Under the pieces are notes generated by a model. It made no database searches, was not told where the DNA came from, and was given only the letters and a program-made list of their open reading frames with translations. Both the position numbers and the translations under genes were made by a program. 64,000 nt of DNA from an uncultured Acidobacteriota bacterium (GTDB lineage: Bacteria; Acidobacteriota; Vicinamibacteria; Vicinamibacterales; SCN-69-37), in the NCBI GenBank assembly GCA_963764505.1, contig CAVXSP010000001.1:1880608-1944607 (forward strand), written 5' to 3'. This document shows, piece after piece, positions 1 through 10,185 of this stretch (its first letter is position 1; each line of letters opens with the position of its first letter).

Positions 1-1
1 C

Positions 2-961
2 GTGAAGGGGCTCGTGCCGGGCGCGCGGATGCTGGCGCCCGAGCGGGATGGCGGACACCTGACGTTCGTCTTCTCGCTGGCCTGGATGATGGTGCTGGCC
101 AATATTCTGGCGGTCGCGCTCACGTGGGGCGCGAGCCGGTGGCTGATCAAGGTGACCCAGGTCCGATCCGGTCTCCTCGTGCCGATCCTTCTGCTGCTGG
201 TGTGCGTCGGCGCGTTCACGGAGCGCAACATGGTGTCGGACCTGTTCGTGACCGCCGTGATTGGCGCCATCGGCCTGGCGTTCACGCACTACGGGTGGCC
301 GCGCTCGCCGCTGCTGATCGGGCTGGTGCTCGGCTCGCTCGCCGAGAACCGACTCTTTCTGTCAATCCAGGCCTACGGCGCCGGCTGGCTCGCGCGGCCG
401 GGCGTGCTGATCGTCGGCGTGCTGATTGCCGCGAGCCTCCTGCATCCCGCCGTGCGCCGGGCGGCCGGCCGGCGGCCGCAACTCGCGCCGCCAGCGGCTG
501 TCGTGCGCGGCCGGGGCGAATTGGCGATGACGCTCTTCCTGCTGGCGACGTGCGCCGTGGCGCTCGCCTCCACGACCACGTTTCCGGCGAGCGCCGCGCT
601 CTTTCCGCGGGTGATGCTCGGCGTGACCGTCGCCGCGCTCGGCGTCCTCGTGGCGAGCGAGTACCGGGGACGCGGCGGCTCGACGACGGCCGCACCCATG
701 CATCTCGATCGTGCCTCGCTTCGGACCGCCGCGTCGATGCCGGTCTTCATCGCCCTGATCTGGGCGCTCGGCTTCGTCTGGGGCGCAACGCTGGCGGTGC
801 TGGCCTGCGTGGTGGCCAGCGACCGCCGGCGGCCGGGCGCCGTCGTGGCGGTCACCCTGATCGCGTATCTGCTGCTCGACGTCGTCATGGCGCGGCTCCT
901 CCACGTCCCATTCCCGGCCGGCGCGGTCCTCGAAGGCGCCCGCGTCATCGGCCTCAGGTAG
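2..961 (+). CDS. TctA-family tripartite tricarboxylate transporter permease. Only the C-terminal part is present (5' end lies outside the window). It carries an extra ~150-aa polytopic, TctB-like C-terminal extension.
   Basis: The frame is open from the window edge. The sequence LVPILLLLVCVGAF...SDLFVTAVIGAIGLAFTHYGWPRSPLLIGLVLGSLAENRLFLS matches the remembered TctA C-terminal pattern. Four further hydrophobic segments follow it. Confidence 0.6.
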   Translation: MKGLVPGARMLAPERDGGHLTFVFSLAWMMVLANILAVALTWGASRWLIKVTQVRSGLLVPILLLLVCVGAFTERNMVSDLFVTAVIGAIGLAFTHYGWPRSPLLIGLVLGSLAENRLFLSIQAYGAGWLARPGVLIVGVLIAASLLHPAVRRAAGRRPQLAPPAAVVRGRGELAMTLFLLATCAVALASTTTFPASAALFPRVMLGVTVAALGVLVASEYRGRGGSTTAAPMHLDRASLRTAASMPVFIALIWALGFVWGATLAVLACVVASDRRRPGAVVAVTLIAYLLLDVVMARLLHVPFPAGAVLEGARVIGLR

Positions 962-964
962 TCC

Positions 965-2758
965 ATGCCGAACCCGCCGGCGGATCGGACGATTGCCGAA
1001 TGCTTCGAGGCGGCCGCGCTCCGTCACGCCGAACGCGAAGCCGTGTGCACGTTCGACTCGTCGTTCACCTACCGCGCGGCGCGAGACCTGGTGCACCGCG
1101 TCGCACACGCCCTGCTCGAGCACGGGACGGCGCCAGGCGAGCGTGTGATGCTGTTGTTCGGCCACCGGGCGGAGGCGCTGACGGCGCTGCTCGGAGCTGT
1201 CAAGAGCGGCGCCATCGCGGTGCCCGTGAACGCGTCCACGCCCGCCGACCGGCAGGCGCGGATACTCCACGACGCCGAGCCGGTCTGCATCGTGACCGAC
1301 CGCGCGAACCTCGACGATGCCCGGCGTCTCGCCGGGGAGGGCATGCCCGTCATCGACGTGGGCGAGCTTCGCGCGGCTCCCGAGCGCCGATGGCCCGCTC
1401 CGGCCCCGGCCGATCCCGCCGTCATCCTCTACACGTCCGGGTCGACGGGCCAGCCCAAGGGCGTCGTGCAGACGCACCGCAGCGTGCTGCGCAAGATCGA
1501 GGCGACGCACGGCGTGCTGCAGACGAGGCCGGACGATCGCCTCGCGATGTTCAGCAGCTACGCGGTCGGCCAGGGGTTCACGGCCATGTTCGGGGCGCTG
1601 CTGTACGGCGCCACGCTGTGCCCATTCGACGTCCGGCGGCTGGGCTTCGGCCGCATGGCCCGCTGGCTCGTCGATCAGCGCATCTCGATCTACATCTCGA
1701 GTGCGACGCTGTTTCGCAGTCTGGTGCGCACGCTCGGGGAGCTGCGCTGCCCCGATCTCCGGCTCGTGCGGATCGGCAGCGAGCGGGTCACGTTCGACGA
1801 CGTCGACGCGTTTCGCCGGCGGTTCCGCGGACACGCGCGGCTGCTCGTCGCCTATTCGTCAACCGAGGCCTCGACGATTGCGATGCACGTCGTCGGCGAC
1901 GACGAGCAGTTCCCCGCCGGAATCGTGCCCGTGGGCAGGGCCACCGCCGGCGTGCACGTGTCGATCGTGGACGAACAGGGCGCCGTGGTCCCGCCCGGCG
2001 TGGAAGGGGAGATCGTCGTGCGCAGCGGCGCCCTGCCGCTCGGGTACTGGCGCGACGCCGAGCGGACAGCCCGCGCCTACCGGCCGTGCCCCGATGTTCC
2101 CGGAGAACGCGCCTACCACACGGGCGATCTCGGACGCGTCCGACCCGACGGCTGCCTCGAGCACCTCGGACGAAAGGACCGGCGCGTCAAGGTCCGCGGC
2201 TTTCGAATCGAGCTCGAGGAAGTGGAAGCCGCGCTCGCGTCCCATCCCGGCGTCTCGCGTGCGGCGGTCGTGGCCCGGCCCGACCGGCACGGCGACGCGA
2301 CGCTCGTCGCCTATGTCGAGCTGAGCGCCGAGGCGCGGGCCACTCTCGAAGGCGTCCGCGCGTTCATGTCCGCGCGCCTGCCCGACTACATGGTGCCGGC
2401 GACTTTCGTCGTGGTCGAGAGCCTACCCGTCAGCGACACCGGCAAGGTGATCATGTCGCAGCTTCCCGAGCCGCCACGCGAGCGGCCGGCCACGCTGGCG
2501 TCCGCCTATGAACCGCCGACGACCACGATCGAGCAGATCGTCGGCAACGCCTGGAAGGAAGTGCTCGGACTCGACGCCGTCGGCGTGCACGACCCGTTTC
2601 TGATGGTGGGCGGCGACTCGCTGCGGGCCGGCCAGATCGCCTCACGTCTCTCCGTGGCGACCGGCGTCGAGGTGCTGCTCTGGGAGCTGCTCGAACGGTC
2701 GACGATCAGGCGCCAGGCGGAGCTGATCGCCACGCGCCAGGCCGCAGTGGCGCGCTGA
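965..2758 (+). CDS. Standalone NRPS-like adenylation-thiolation (A-PCP) didomain protein.
   Basis: It has the AMP-binding core motifs ILYTSGSTGQPKGV, YHTGDLGR and GRKDRRVKVRGFRIE. A C-terminal carrier-protein motif GGDSLRAGQIASRL is present. No C, TE or R domain is seen. Confidence 0.8.
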   Translation: MPNPPADRTIAECFEAAALRHAEREAVCTFDSSFTYRAARDLVHRVAHALLEHGTAPGERVMLLFGHRAEALTALLGAVKSGAIAVPVNASTPADRQARILHDAEPVCIVTDRANLDDARRLAGEGMPVIDVGELRAAPERRWPAPAPADPAVILYTSGSTGQPKGVVQTHRSVLRKIEATHGVLQTRPDDRLAMFSSYAVGQGFTAMFGALLYGATLCPFDVRRLGFGRMARWLVDQRISIYISSATLFRSLVRTLGELRCPDLRLVRIGSERVTFDDVDAFRRRFRGHARLLVAYSSTEASTIAMHVVGDDEQFPAGIVPVGRATAGVHVSIVDEQGAVVPPGVEGEIVVRSGALPLGYWRDAERTARAYRPCPDVPGERAYHTGDLGRVRPDGCLEHLGRKDRRVKVRGFRIELEEVEAALASHPGVSRAAVVARPDRHGDATLVAYVELSAEARATLEGVRAFMSARLPDYMVPATFVVVESLPVSDTGKVIMSQLPEPPRERPATLASAYEPPTTTIEQIVGNAWKEVLGLDAVGVHDPFLMVGGDSLRAGQIASRLSVATGVEVLLWELLERSTIRRQAELIATRQAAVAR

Positions 2759-2790
2759 TACGAGCAACGGGGCAATGTCCCGCCATTCCG

Positions 2791-4053
2791 TCATGGCCTC
2801 GTTGCGAGCACGTCTCTCTCGTAGTCCTTGACGTGCGCCAGCCAGGCGACCCCGACAGGCGCGCCGGCGCGCGCGCAGTACTCGTCCCACACGGGACCGA
2901 ACGGCAGCGTCTTCTGCTCCTCGAGCAGCGCCAGCCGCGAGGTGTAGTCGCCGTCCAGCTCCAGCGCACGCAGCCGCTCGGACGGCTCGAGCAGCGCCTT
3001 GAGCAGGGCCTTCAGCATGTTGCGCGCGCCGATCGTCCATGCCGCGACGCGATTGATGCTCGCGTCGAAGTAGTCCAGCCCCACGTGTGCGCGGCCGAGG
3101 AAGCCGCCGCGTACGAGCTCCTGGGCCAGCGACTCCAGATCGTCCGTGAGGACGACGACATGGTCGCTGTCCCAGCGGACGCCGCGGCTGACGTGGAGGA
3201 CGATCTCGGGGACGAACAGCAGCACCGCGCTGATCTTGTCGGCGACCGATTCGGTCGGATGGTAGTGCCCGGTGTCGAGCGTGACGAGCGTGCGCCGCGT
3301 CGCCGCATAGCCGAGGTAGAACTCGTGCGAGCCGACCGTGTAGCTCTCGCAGCCGAGGCCGAAGAGCTTGCCCTCGACCGAATCGCGGTTGAGCGCCGCG
3401 TCGATCCGCTCTTCGAAGATCGCGTCGAGCGAGTCCCTCAGGCGCTCGCGCGGGCCGAGCCGATCGGCGGGCGCGTCCTTCATCCCGTCGGGAATCCACA
3501 GATTGGTGACACAGGGCGTTCCGAGCGCGCGGCCGAAGGCGGCGCCGATGCGTCGGCACGCGATGCCGTGATCGATCCAGAACTGGCGGATGGCGCCGTC
3601 GGGATGCGACAGCGTGAGATTGTCGGCCGCCTTCGGATGCGAGAAGTACGTCTGGTTGAAGTCGAGGCCGATCCCGAGCTCGCGCGCCCAGTCGATCCAG
3701 CCGGCGAAGTGCTCCGGCCCGACGGCATCGCGGTCGATGCGGCGGCCGCCGAACTCGCCGTAGCTCGCGTGGAGGTTGAAGCGATGTCGTCCCGGAATCA
3801 GCGAGAGCGCCATTGCCGCATCGCGGCGAAGTTCGTCCGGCGTGCGCGCCTTGCCGGGGTAGTGGCCGGTCGCCGCGAGCCCGCCGGTGAGGCCCGTCCC
3901 GAACGACTCGAATCCTGCGACGTCGTCGCCCTGCCAGCAGTGAAGAGACAGCGGGATCGTCGCAAGCCGCGCCAGCGCGGCGTCGGCATCCACGCCGATC
4001 TCGGCGTAGCGGTCCCGCGCGAGGGGATAGAAGTGAGGTGGGAAATCCGTCAT
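2791..4053 (-). CDS. rhaA: L-rhamnose isomerase.
   Basis: The protein resembles remembered E. coli RhaA along its length ([69 protein letters not shown]). Confidence 0.9.
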   Translation of the reverse strand: MTDFPPHFYPLARDRYAEIGVDADAALARLATIPLSLHCWQGDDVAGFESFGTGLTGGLAATGHYPGKARTPDELRRDAAMALSLIPGRHRFNLHASYGEFGGRRIDRDAVGPEHFAGWIDWARELGIGLDFNQTYFSHPKAADNLTLSHPDGAIRQFWIDHGIACRRIGAAFGRALGTPCVTNLWIPDGMKDAPADRLGPRERLRDSLDAIFEERIDAALNRDSVEGKLFGLGCESYTVGSHEFYLGYAATRRTLVTLDTGHYHPTESVADKISAVLLFVPEIVLHVSRGVRWDSDHVVVLTDDLESLAQELVRGGFLGRAHVGLDYFDASINRVAAWTIGARNMLKALLKALLEPSERLRALELDGDYTSRLALLEEQKTLPFGPVWDEYCARAGAPVGVAWLAHVKDYERDVLATRP

Positions 4054-4146
4054 GTCCAGCTCGACTAGTCAGGGTATGCCAGGTGCGCGCCGCGGACACC
4101 AGAATCCTCGTGCCTGGGTCCGCCGATTCGTACATACTGCACCGCC

Positions 4147-4734
4147 GTGGGGGGCGACGGCGTGGGGCGAGGCGTGAAGGCGTGGATTCTCCCAGGCTTG
4201 GTCGTGACCGCGCTGGCGGCTGTCGCGATTTTCGGCGGCGTCAAGTACTCGAGAATCGAACCGGTCGCGAGCAACGCCGATCGCAACCCCGCCGACATCG
4301 GCAGGACGATTCCCAACACGCTGCTCGTGTTCGAGGACTGGCCGGGTGCGCCGGCGTTCTGCCGCAGTCCGGATCAGGTGCTGGACCGACTTCGCACGGC
4401 GGTTCTCGACGTGGGTCCCATCGGTGACGCCACTGGCTGCACCGCCTCACTCGCCGGCGATCCGGCCTCGGGATCACAGTTGTCCCTGATGTGCCCCGTG
4501 TCGGCCGGACAGGACGGCTGCGTCGATCGGTATACCGCACAAGTGTGGGTGGAGCGGGACCGGCGCAGCTTCGCCAACTACAAAGTGCGCGGATTCGGAT
4601 GGATCCAGCGCTCGTGCGGCGGCTCGGACGCCGCGTACGAAGCGCTGGATACTTCGATGTCCCGCGGCACGTCGTCGACGATCGAGGCCGTGCTGCATCA
4701 GTGCCGCGATCCCGAAGCCCGCTCCTCCCGCTGA
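4147..4734 (+). CDS. Hypothetical membrane-anchored, Cys-rich protein.
   Basis: It has one N-terminal TM segment (ILPGLVVTALAAVAIFGG), high GC3 and several Cys residues. No family was recognised. Confidence 0.45.
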   Translation: MGGDGVGRGVKAWILPGLVVTALAAVAIFGGVKYSRIEPVASNADRNPADIGRTIPNTLLVFEDWPGAPAFCRSPDQVLDRLRTAVLDVGPIGDATGCTASLAGDPASGSQLSLMCPVSAGQDGCVDRYTAQVWVERDRRSFANYKVRGFGWIQRSCGGSDAAYEALDTSMSRGTSSTIEAVLHQCRDPEARSSR

Positions 4735-4743
4735 CAGCGTCCT

Positions 4744-5779
4744 ATGAAGAAAGCGCTCTATCTGATCACTGCCGCCGCCCTCATCGGGCTGCTCGCCTTC
4801 ATTCTCTGGCCGCACCCGCCGACCACCCTGATCAAGGCGGTGCGCGACCATCCAGAGGCGTTTCCCGCCCAGTATCGCGTGGTGCTCCCGCTGAGCGCCA
4901 CGTCGCGGCTCGGGTACACCGAAACGACCCTGGCTCAGGGGCTCCCCCCGGCCGACTACGTCGTCGCGAGCGACGCGCCGTGCTTCTTCGTCCGCCCGAT
5001 CCCGGCCGACAGCCTGATGGAGCTGCGGGTCCGCTACGGCGACCGGCGGTCGTTCGTCGCCAACACCGAGGCCAAGAGCGTCGCCACGGCCGCCGGCCTG
5101 TCTCTCGCCGATGACGAATCGGCGGAAATGGTGCTGGAGAACCTGAGGCTCGAACGCGCGGTCGGCTGGCCGAACCTGAACGGACCATGCACCTTTGCGA
5201 ACGACACGACGGTGCACACCGTGGTGACGAGCCAGGTCGTGGCGGAGAACGTGACGCTGACGACCTCGCGAACCTCCAGCGCGCAGGGATCGGCGGGCAC
5301 GAGCGGCGGAACCACGCCCATGAGCGCCGCAACCACCACCGGCTGGACGGCGACGACCAGCCGGAACGCGGCCGGGCACGACATCGGTACTGAGCGTCGT
5401 GCTCACGCCTGTCACGGTGACCACGAGCTCGACCACGCTGACCCTCGGCGCGACGCCGCAGATTGGCAAGGTGTGGCCGTTCCCGCCCGGTCTCGACGGC
5501 GGCGTCGTCGTCGACGACTTCGACGCAGGTGCGAGGCGGGTGAGCTACCGCGTGTCGGTTCCCGGGAACGCGACGGAGCCGGCGCCGCCCGGCGTGCAGT
5601 TGTGCCCGACGGGCGAGCGCATCGAGCGAGGCCTGGGCGAGCGCTGCGACTTCCTGCTGCCGCCAGGCTCCGCCCTGCTGTCGGTGACGTGGGACGTCGA
5701 AGAGATCGACGGACGTCCGCAGCTCAGGCTGGAGCTGAAGGGCTACAAGACCACGTTCTCAACCGCCGCGGCGCACTGA
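4744..5779 (+). CDS. Hypothetical signal-anchored protein with a Thr/Ser-rich linker. It is apparently split by a +1 frameshift between about 5324 and 5400.
   Basis: Frame 1 looks protein-like up to about 5390 and then turns into Arg-rich junk. Frame 2 is open from 5324 and reads plausible protein (VTVTTSSTTLTLGATPQIGKVWPFPPG...) up to the TGA at 5779. Confidence 0.4.
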
Positions 5780-5793
5780 CGCGTCCACGATCG

Positions 5794-6705
5794 TCAGCGA
5801 GGCCGGACCGACTGGACCCGGTTGTCGAGGCGCAGCTCGCGCAGGTCGCGCACGTTGTTGGTGATCGTCGAGCACCGGCCGCGGTACCTGTCGCGTCGCA
5901 CAGCTCCCATCGGCCGATGACTTGCGCGCTCTGCGCCCGGCTGCCGAAGCCGCCGAGCGAGGACCGCGGCTGGTCGACGATCATCGACCGTCCCGTGAAG
6001 TTCGGGCCGTCGAACAGCACGATCTGCGCCCGTGGCACGGGCGCCGGAAAGCCGCCCCGGCCGGCGAACCGCGGGCGTGCGGAGGAGACCAGCCGCCGCA
6101 GCCCGATCGACTGCAGATCGGGCACGTCGGTGCTGATCACGCGACAGTCGTCGTAGTCGGCGCTCACGCAGAGCTCCCAGCTGCCGCCGCCGACCACGCG
6201 CACGCTCATCGCACGGTCGTTGAAGTCGATGTCCCGGAAGTTGGCGACCGGGCCGGAAATGATCTTGCGCTGTCCCGAATAGCGGGTCCCGGCATACAGC
6301 TCCAGCGCCCCGTCGCTGCCGCCGCGGCGGCCGGGGAGTCCAGGCCCCCCGCGCACGCGGCGCAGCGACGTGATCCGGTCGTTCCAGCCGGAGTCGCGCA
6401 GGTTCGGATCGCTGTCGGTGACGAGCAGGCACCGGCCGCGGTAGTCCGGATCGACGCAGAGCTGCCACCTCTCGCCCGGCGCGACCACGACACTCGAGAT
6501 GCGGTCGTTCAGGCCCGATGCGCGCAGGTCCGTGACGTCGACCGTGAACGCGCGGGAGCGGCCCGCCGTAGTTGGCGTCCTCGAAGAGGACGATGCCGCT
6601 GCGCACCTGCGGCGGCAGCGGTACACTCCGCCGCTGCCAGCCGCCGAGCCCGAGAACGGCGAGGCCGACGAACAGTCCGCACGCACTGCGATATCCCGGA
6701 GTCAT
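5794..6705 (-). CDS. Secreted protein with three beta/gamma-crystallin domains. It carries two apparent frameshifts in this assembly, near 6563 and 5898.
   Basis: A signal-like N-terminus (MTPGYRSACGLFVGLAVLGLGG) is followed by three repeats of (I)VLFED/ELY...WxLC..xDYRGRC. Ca-binding-type motifs LNDRISS, WNDRITS, FNDRAMS and LDNRVQS are present. The reading frame switches between the two track ORFs 5794..6918 and 5724..6686. Confidence 0.75.
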   Translation of the reverse strand: MTPGYRSACGLFVGLAVLGLGGWQRRSVPLPPQVRSGIVLFEDANYGGPLPRVHGRRHGPARIGPERPHLECRGRAGREVAALRRSGLPRPVPARHRQRSEPARLRLERPDHVAAPRARGAWTPRPPRRQRRGAGAVCRDPLFGTAQDHFRPGRQLPGHRLQRPCDERARGRRRQLGALRERRLRRLSRDQHRRARSAVDRAAAAGLLRTPAVRRPGRLSGARATGADRAVRRPELHGTVDDRRPAAVLARRLRQPGAERASHRPMGAVRRDRYRGRCSTITNNVRDLRELRLDNRVQSVRPR

Positions 6706-6731
6706 GGCTTTCCCCTCTGCGCAGACGACGA

Positions 6732-7217
6732 CTAGACCATGACCGTGTCCGCGGACGGTCCGTAGATCCCTGGCACCTTGCCGCCCATGGGGCGGATGCA
6801 CGTGCTCAACTGGCCTCGATGATGTACGGCGTCGAGGAACAGCAGCCACATGAGCGCCTGGGTCGGCGCCGACATGATCACCTTCTCGCCGACGCGGAAG
6901 TCCGCGGGGGTGTCCCACGCGCCTGCGCCCGCCTTCTCGAGCTTGGCTTCGAGCTCGCGATAGCTGCGGTCGAACGCCGACAGCGCCTCGTCCAGCCCGT
7001 CGAAGGGCACCTGGATGCGATGGTTGATCACGCCGTCGTCGAGCAGCTCGCCGAGATCGGCGAAGTGGCCGATCAGGTGGCCGACGAGCTCGCCCGCGGA
7101 CCTGGACTTGGCGTCGTGGCGGTAGTCGAGCTTGGCGGGCGGCAGGGCGGCGATGACGTTGTGGAAGCGCTCGAACTCGCCGGAGAGCGTCTGCGCGAAG
7201 AACTCCTGATTCGTCAT
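6732..7217 (-). CDS. DinB/YfiT-like four-helix-bundle family protein.
   Basis: The size and His pattern (GHLIGH...HHRGQL) are typical of the DinB superfamily. Confidence 0.6.
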   Translation of the reverse strand: MTNQEFFAQTLSGEFERFHNVIAALPPAKLDYRHDAKSRSAGELVGHLIGHFADLGELLDDGVINHRIQVPFDGLDEALSAFDRSYRELEAKLEKAGAGAWDTPADFRVGEKVIMSAPTQALMWLLFLDAVHHRGQLSTCIRPMGGKVPGIYGPSADTVMV

Positions 7218-7244
7218 GAGACCTCCAGGGAAGCGGCTCGCATT

Positions 7245-8312
7245 CTACCTCCTGCGCGCCGCGTCGGACCCGCGCCGCAGCACGACGATCGACACGTCGT
7301 CGTGCGCGGGGGCGTCACCGACGAACGCCGTGAGCGCGGCGAGCACGCGCGCGCCAATGGCGGCCGCGGGTTCATCGGCCACCTGCCGCAGCGCTTCGCG
7401 CACCCGCTCCTCGCCGAAGAACTCGTCGGCCGCGTTGGATGCCTCCGTCACGCCGTCCGAGTAGACGACGAGCGTATCGCCCTCGGCGAGCTCGGCGCGC
7501 TGCTCGAAGAACGTGGCCTCGGGCAGGATGCCGAGGGCCACCGAGCCGCGCGGCAGCTCCTCGATCGCGCCGCGCCGGAGCAGCAGCGGAGGCGGATGTC
7601 CGGCGTTCAGGATCTGCACGTCCCCCGCGTTGGCCGTCACCACGAGGTACACGAGCGTGGCGAAGCGGTTCGTCAGCCCGTCCCGTACGAGGATGCGATT
7701 GACGCGCGCGCCGAAGTCGGCGAGCGTCTCCGACTGCGGAATCAGGGCCCGAAGCGTTGCCTGCAGTTTGACCATCAGCAGCGCTGCCGGCAGCGCCTTG
7801 CCTGCGACGTCGCCGAGCGCCAGACCGTGATGCCGGTCGTCGACCTGCAGGTGATCGACGAGATCTCCGCCGACGTCGTTGGCCGGCTCCGAGTACATCC
7901 ACACGTCCCATCCCGGAACGGCGGGCGCCCGCGGCGGCATGAGCGCGAGCTGGACCGCGCGGCCGGCCTGGAGCTCGTCGCGCGCGATGAGCTTGTCCTT
8001 CAGCTCCAGCATGAGGACGACGACGAGCAGGCTGTCGCCGAGCCAGCGAAGATTGACGCTGACGTGCGCGGCCGTGTACTGGATCTGCGCGACCGCCAGG
8101 AACAGGCCCAGGGCCAGGAGCACCCGCCGGGCCGGCGTCAGCTTCAGCAGCAGGCTCTTGATGAGCCGCCACAGCCGGTGCGCCAGACGCGGCACCGCCG
8201 GGAGGCGCGCGAGCTCCTTCCGCGCCTCTTCGCTCAGATAGAAGGCTTCGAGCTCGCTCAGCGTGCCGCCGATCTCGCGCCGCACGCCCCGGCGTCTGAC
8301 GTCCTCGAGCAC
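7245..8312 (-). CDS. Membrane-anchored PP2C/SpoIIE-family Ser/Thr phosphatase (RsbU-like).
   Basis: The C-terminal motifs VGGDLVD, LGDVAGKALPAALLM, FATLVY, YSDGVTE and HDDVSIVVL are those of PP2C phosphatases, and two TM segments lie upstream. I chose the GTG start at 8312 because the longer track ORF (to 9824) runs antisense through the D-aminoacylase gene. Confidence 0.75.
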   Translation of the reverse strand: MLEDVRRRGVRREIGGTLSELEAFYLSEEARKELARLPAVPRLAHRLWRLIKSLLLKLTPARRVLLALGLFLAVAQIQYTAAHVSVNLRWLGDSLLVVVLMLELKDKLIARDELQAGRAVQLALMPPRAPAVPGWDVWMYSEPANDVGGDLVDHLQVDDRHHGLALGDVAGKALPAALLMVKLQATLRALIPQSETLADFGARVNRILVRDGLTNRFATLVYLVVTANAGDVQILNAGHPPPLLLRRGAIEELPRGSVALGILPEATFFEQRAELAEGDTLVVYSDGVTEASNAADEFFGEERVREALRQVADEPAAAIGARVLAALTAFVGDAPAHDDVSIVVLRRGSDAARRR

Positions 8313-8429
8313 GCGGCCGACGTCGGTTCTGAGCGTTCGAAAGAGCGGAGCGCCGGATGACCGTTCGGAAGCACGGGGCACTCGGGATTTTCCTCTGGAT
8401 GCGTTCGGAACGGCTCTACACTGTCGCAG

Positions 8430-10140
8430 ATGCGGGCGCTCCGTCCAGATCTTCTTGTCGCGCTCGCCGTCTCCGCTGTCGGTGCGGGCGGCATGGTGCG
8501 CCAGACGCCCGTCTTCGACCTCGTCCTGCTCAACGGGCGCATCGTCGATGGGACCGGCGGGCCGTGGTACCGGGCGGACGTCGGCGTCGCCGGCGATCGG
8601 ATCGCGGCGATCGGGAACCTCGCCGACGCCCCGTCGCGCGAGCGGCTGGACGTCTCGGGACTGGTGGTGGCGCCGGGTTTCATCGACATGCTCGGCCAAT
8701 CGGAGTTCAGCCTGCTCGTCGACGCGCGCGGCGCGAGCAAGCTGATGCAGGGCGTCACGACCGAGCTGACCGGCGAGGGAAGCTCGGCCGGCCCGATCAA
8801 CGACCGGATGATCGCGGACGACGCGACGCGGTACGCGCGCTATCACCTGACGGTCGACTGGCGCACGCTCGGCGGGTACCTCACGCGCCTGAACGATCGG
8901 GCCCGGCCCGCCATCAATCTCGGGTCGTTCGTCGGCGCCGGCGGCGTCCGCAACTACGTGCTCGGCCGCGCCGACCGGGCCGCGACGCCCACGGAGCTCG
9001 GCGCGATGAAGCGGGAGGTCGCCTCCGCGATGGAGGACGGCGCCTTTGGCTTGAGCTCGTCGCTGCAGTACGTTCCCGATCGGTTCGCCTCGACCGCGGA
9101 GCTCGTCGAGCTGGCCCGCGTCGCGGCGGCGCACGGCGGCATCTACATCACGCACCAGCGATCCGAGAGCGGCCAGATCTTCGAGTCGCTCGACGAAGTC
9201 TTCACCATCGCCGAGCAGGCGAAGATTCCGGCCGAGATCTTCCATCTGAAGACGGCCTACCGGGCGAACTGGGGCCGGATGCCCGCCGTGCTCGACCGGA
9301 TACGCGCCGCCCGCGCGCGCGGCCTGGACGTCACGGCGGATCAGTACCCTTACACCCGCGCCGCGAACGGCCTCGACGCGTGCCTGCCCCTCTGGGTGCG
9401 CGAGGGGAGCAAGGCGCAGATGATGGCGCGCCTGAAGGACCCGGCGCTTCGCGCCCGCATCAAGCAGGACATGGCCGACCCCAACGCCACGTCCTGGGAG
9501 AACCAGTGGTACGGATCGGGCGGCGGCGACGGCGTCCTGCTGACCGACGTCACCAATCCGGCTCTGCGCCAGTACCGAAGGGCTGACGATCGCCGAGATC
9601 GGCGGCCGGCTCGGCAAGGACCCGCGCGACGTCGTCGCCGACTTCGTCGCCGCCGACGATGCGGAGAGCCTCGTGATCATCTCAATCATGCGCGACGACG
9701 ACGTGGAGCTGGCGCTGAAGGATCCGCTGGTGAGCGTCGGGACCGATTTCGAGGCGCGGGCCGAGGACGGCCCGCTGTCCCAATCGAAATCGCATCCACG
9801 CGCGTGGGGATCGTTTCCGCGCATTCTCGGCTACTACGTCCGCGAGAAGCATCTGCTGCCGCTCGAGGAGGCGATCCGGAAGATGACCTCGCAGCCGGCC
9901 GCGCGCGTGGGACTCCGCGATCGGGGGCTGCTGCGGCCCGGTATGATGGCCGACATCACCGCATTCGATCCGGTCGCCGTGCGCGACACCTCGACCTACG
10001 GCGACCCGACGCACTACGCCGAAGGCATCGAGGACGTCGTCGTCAACGGCCGGCTGGCGGTGCGTGACGGACGAATGACGGGCGTCCTCGCGGGCCGCGC
10101 CCTGCGCGGCCCTGGATACCAGGCCCGCGCGTCGCGGTGA
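8430..10140 (+). CDS. N-acyl-D-amino-acid deacylase (D-aminoacylase family amidohydrolase). One apparent frameshift lies at 9575/9576.
   Basis: Motifs include VVAPGFIDMLGQSE, GVTTELTGEG, IYITHQRSE and AEIFHLKTAY. The C-terminal half continues in the frame of ORF 9673..10140. An extra C in cagtaCCgaa breaks ...QYEGLTIAEIG. Confidence 0.8.
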
Positions 10141-10185
10141 ACGGCGGGCGCGGCACGCGTCCGTCTCGAACGAGAGGGCAGTGCC

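Noticed and set aside
124-2511. A very long ORF (795 aa) overlapping the TctA and A-T genes in another frame. There are many similar cases, such as 362..1834(-), 14387..16468(+), 32413..35826(+), 37941..41414(-), 53892..56648(-) and 47280..50042(-).
   Set aside because: Their translations are Arg/Ala/Pro/Gly-rich junk with no motifs. They overlap ORFs that have clear family signatures. Long spurious open frames are expected in ~70% GC DNA because stop codons are AT-rich.
8313-9824. An N-terminal ~500-aa extension of the PP2C phosphatase ORF (track ORF 7245..9824).
   Set aside because: The extension runs antisense through the well-supported D-aminoacylase gene and is compositionally junk. The phosphatase has a plausible GTG start at 8312, just inside the divergent intergenic region.
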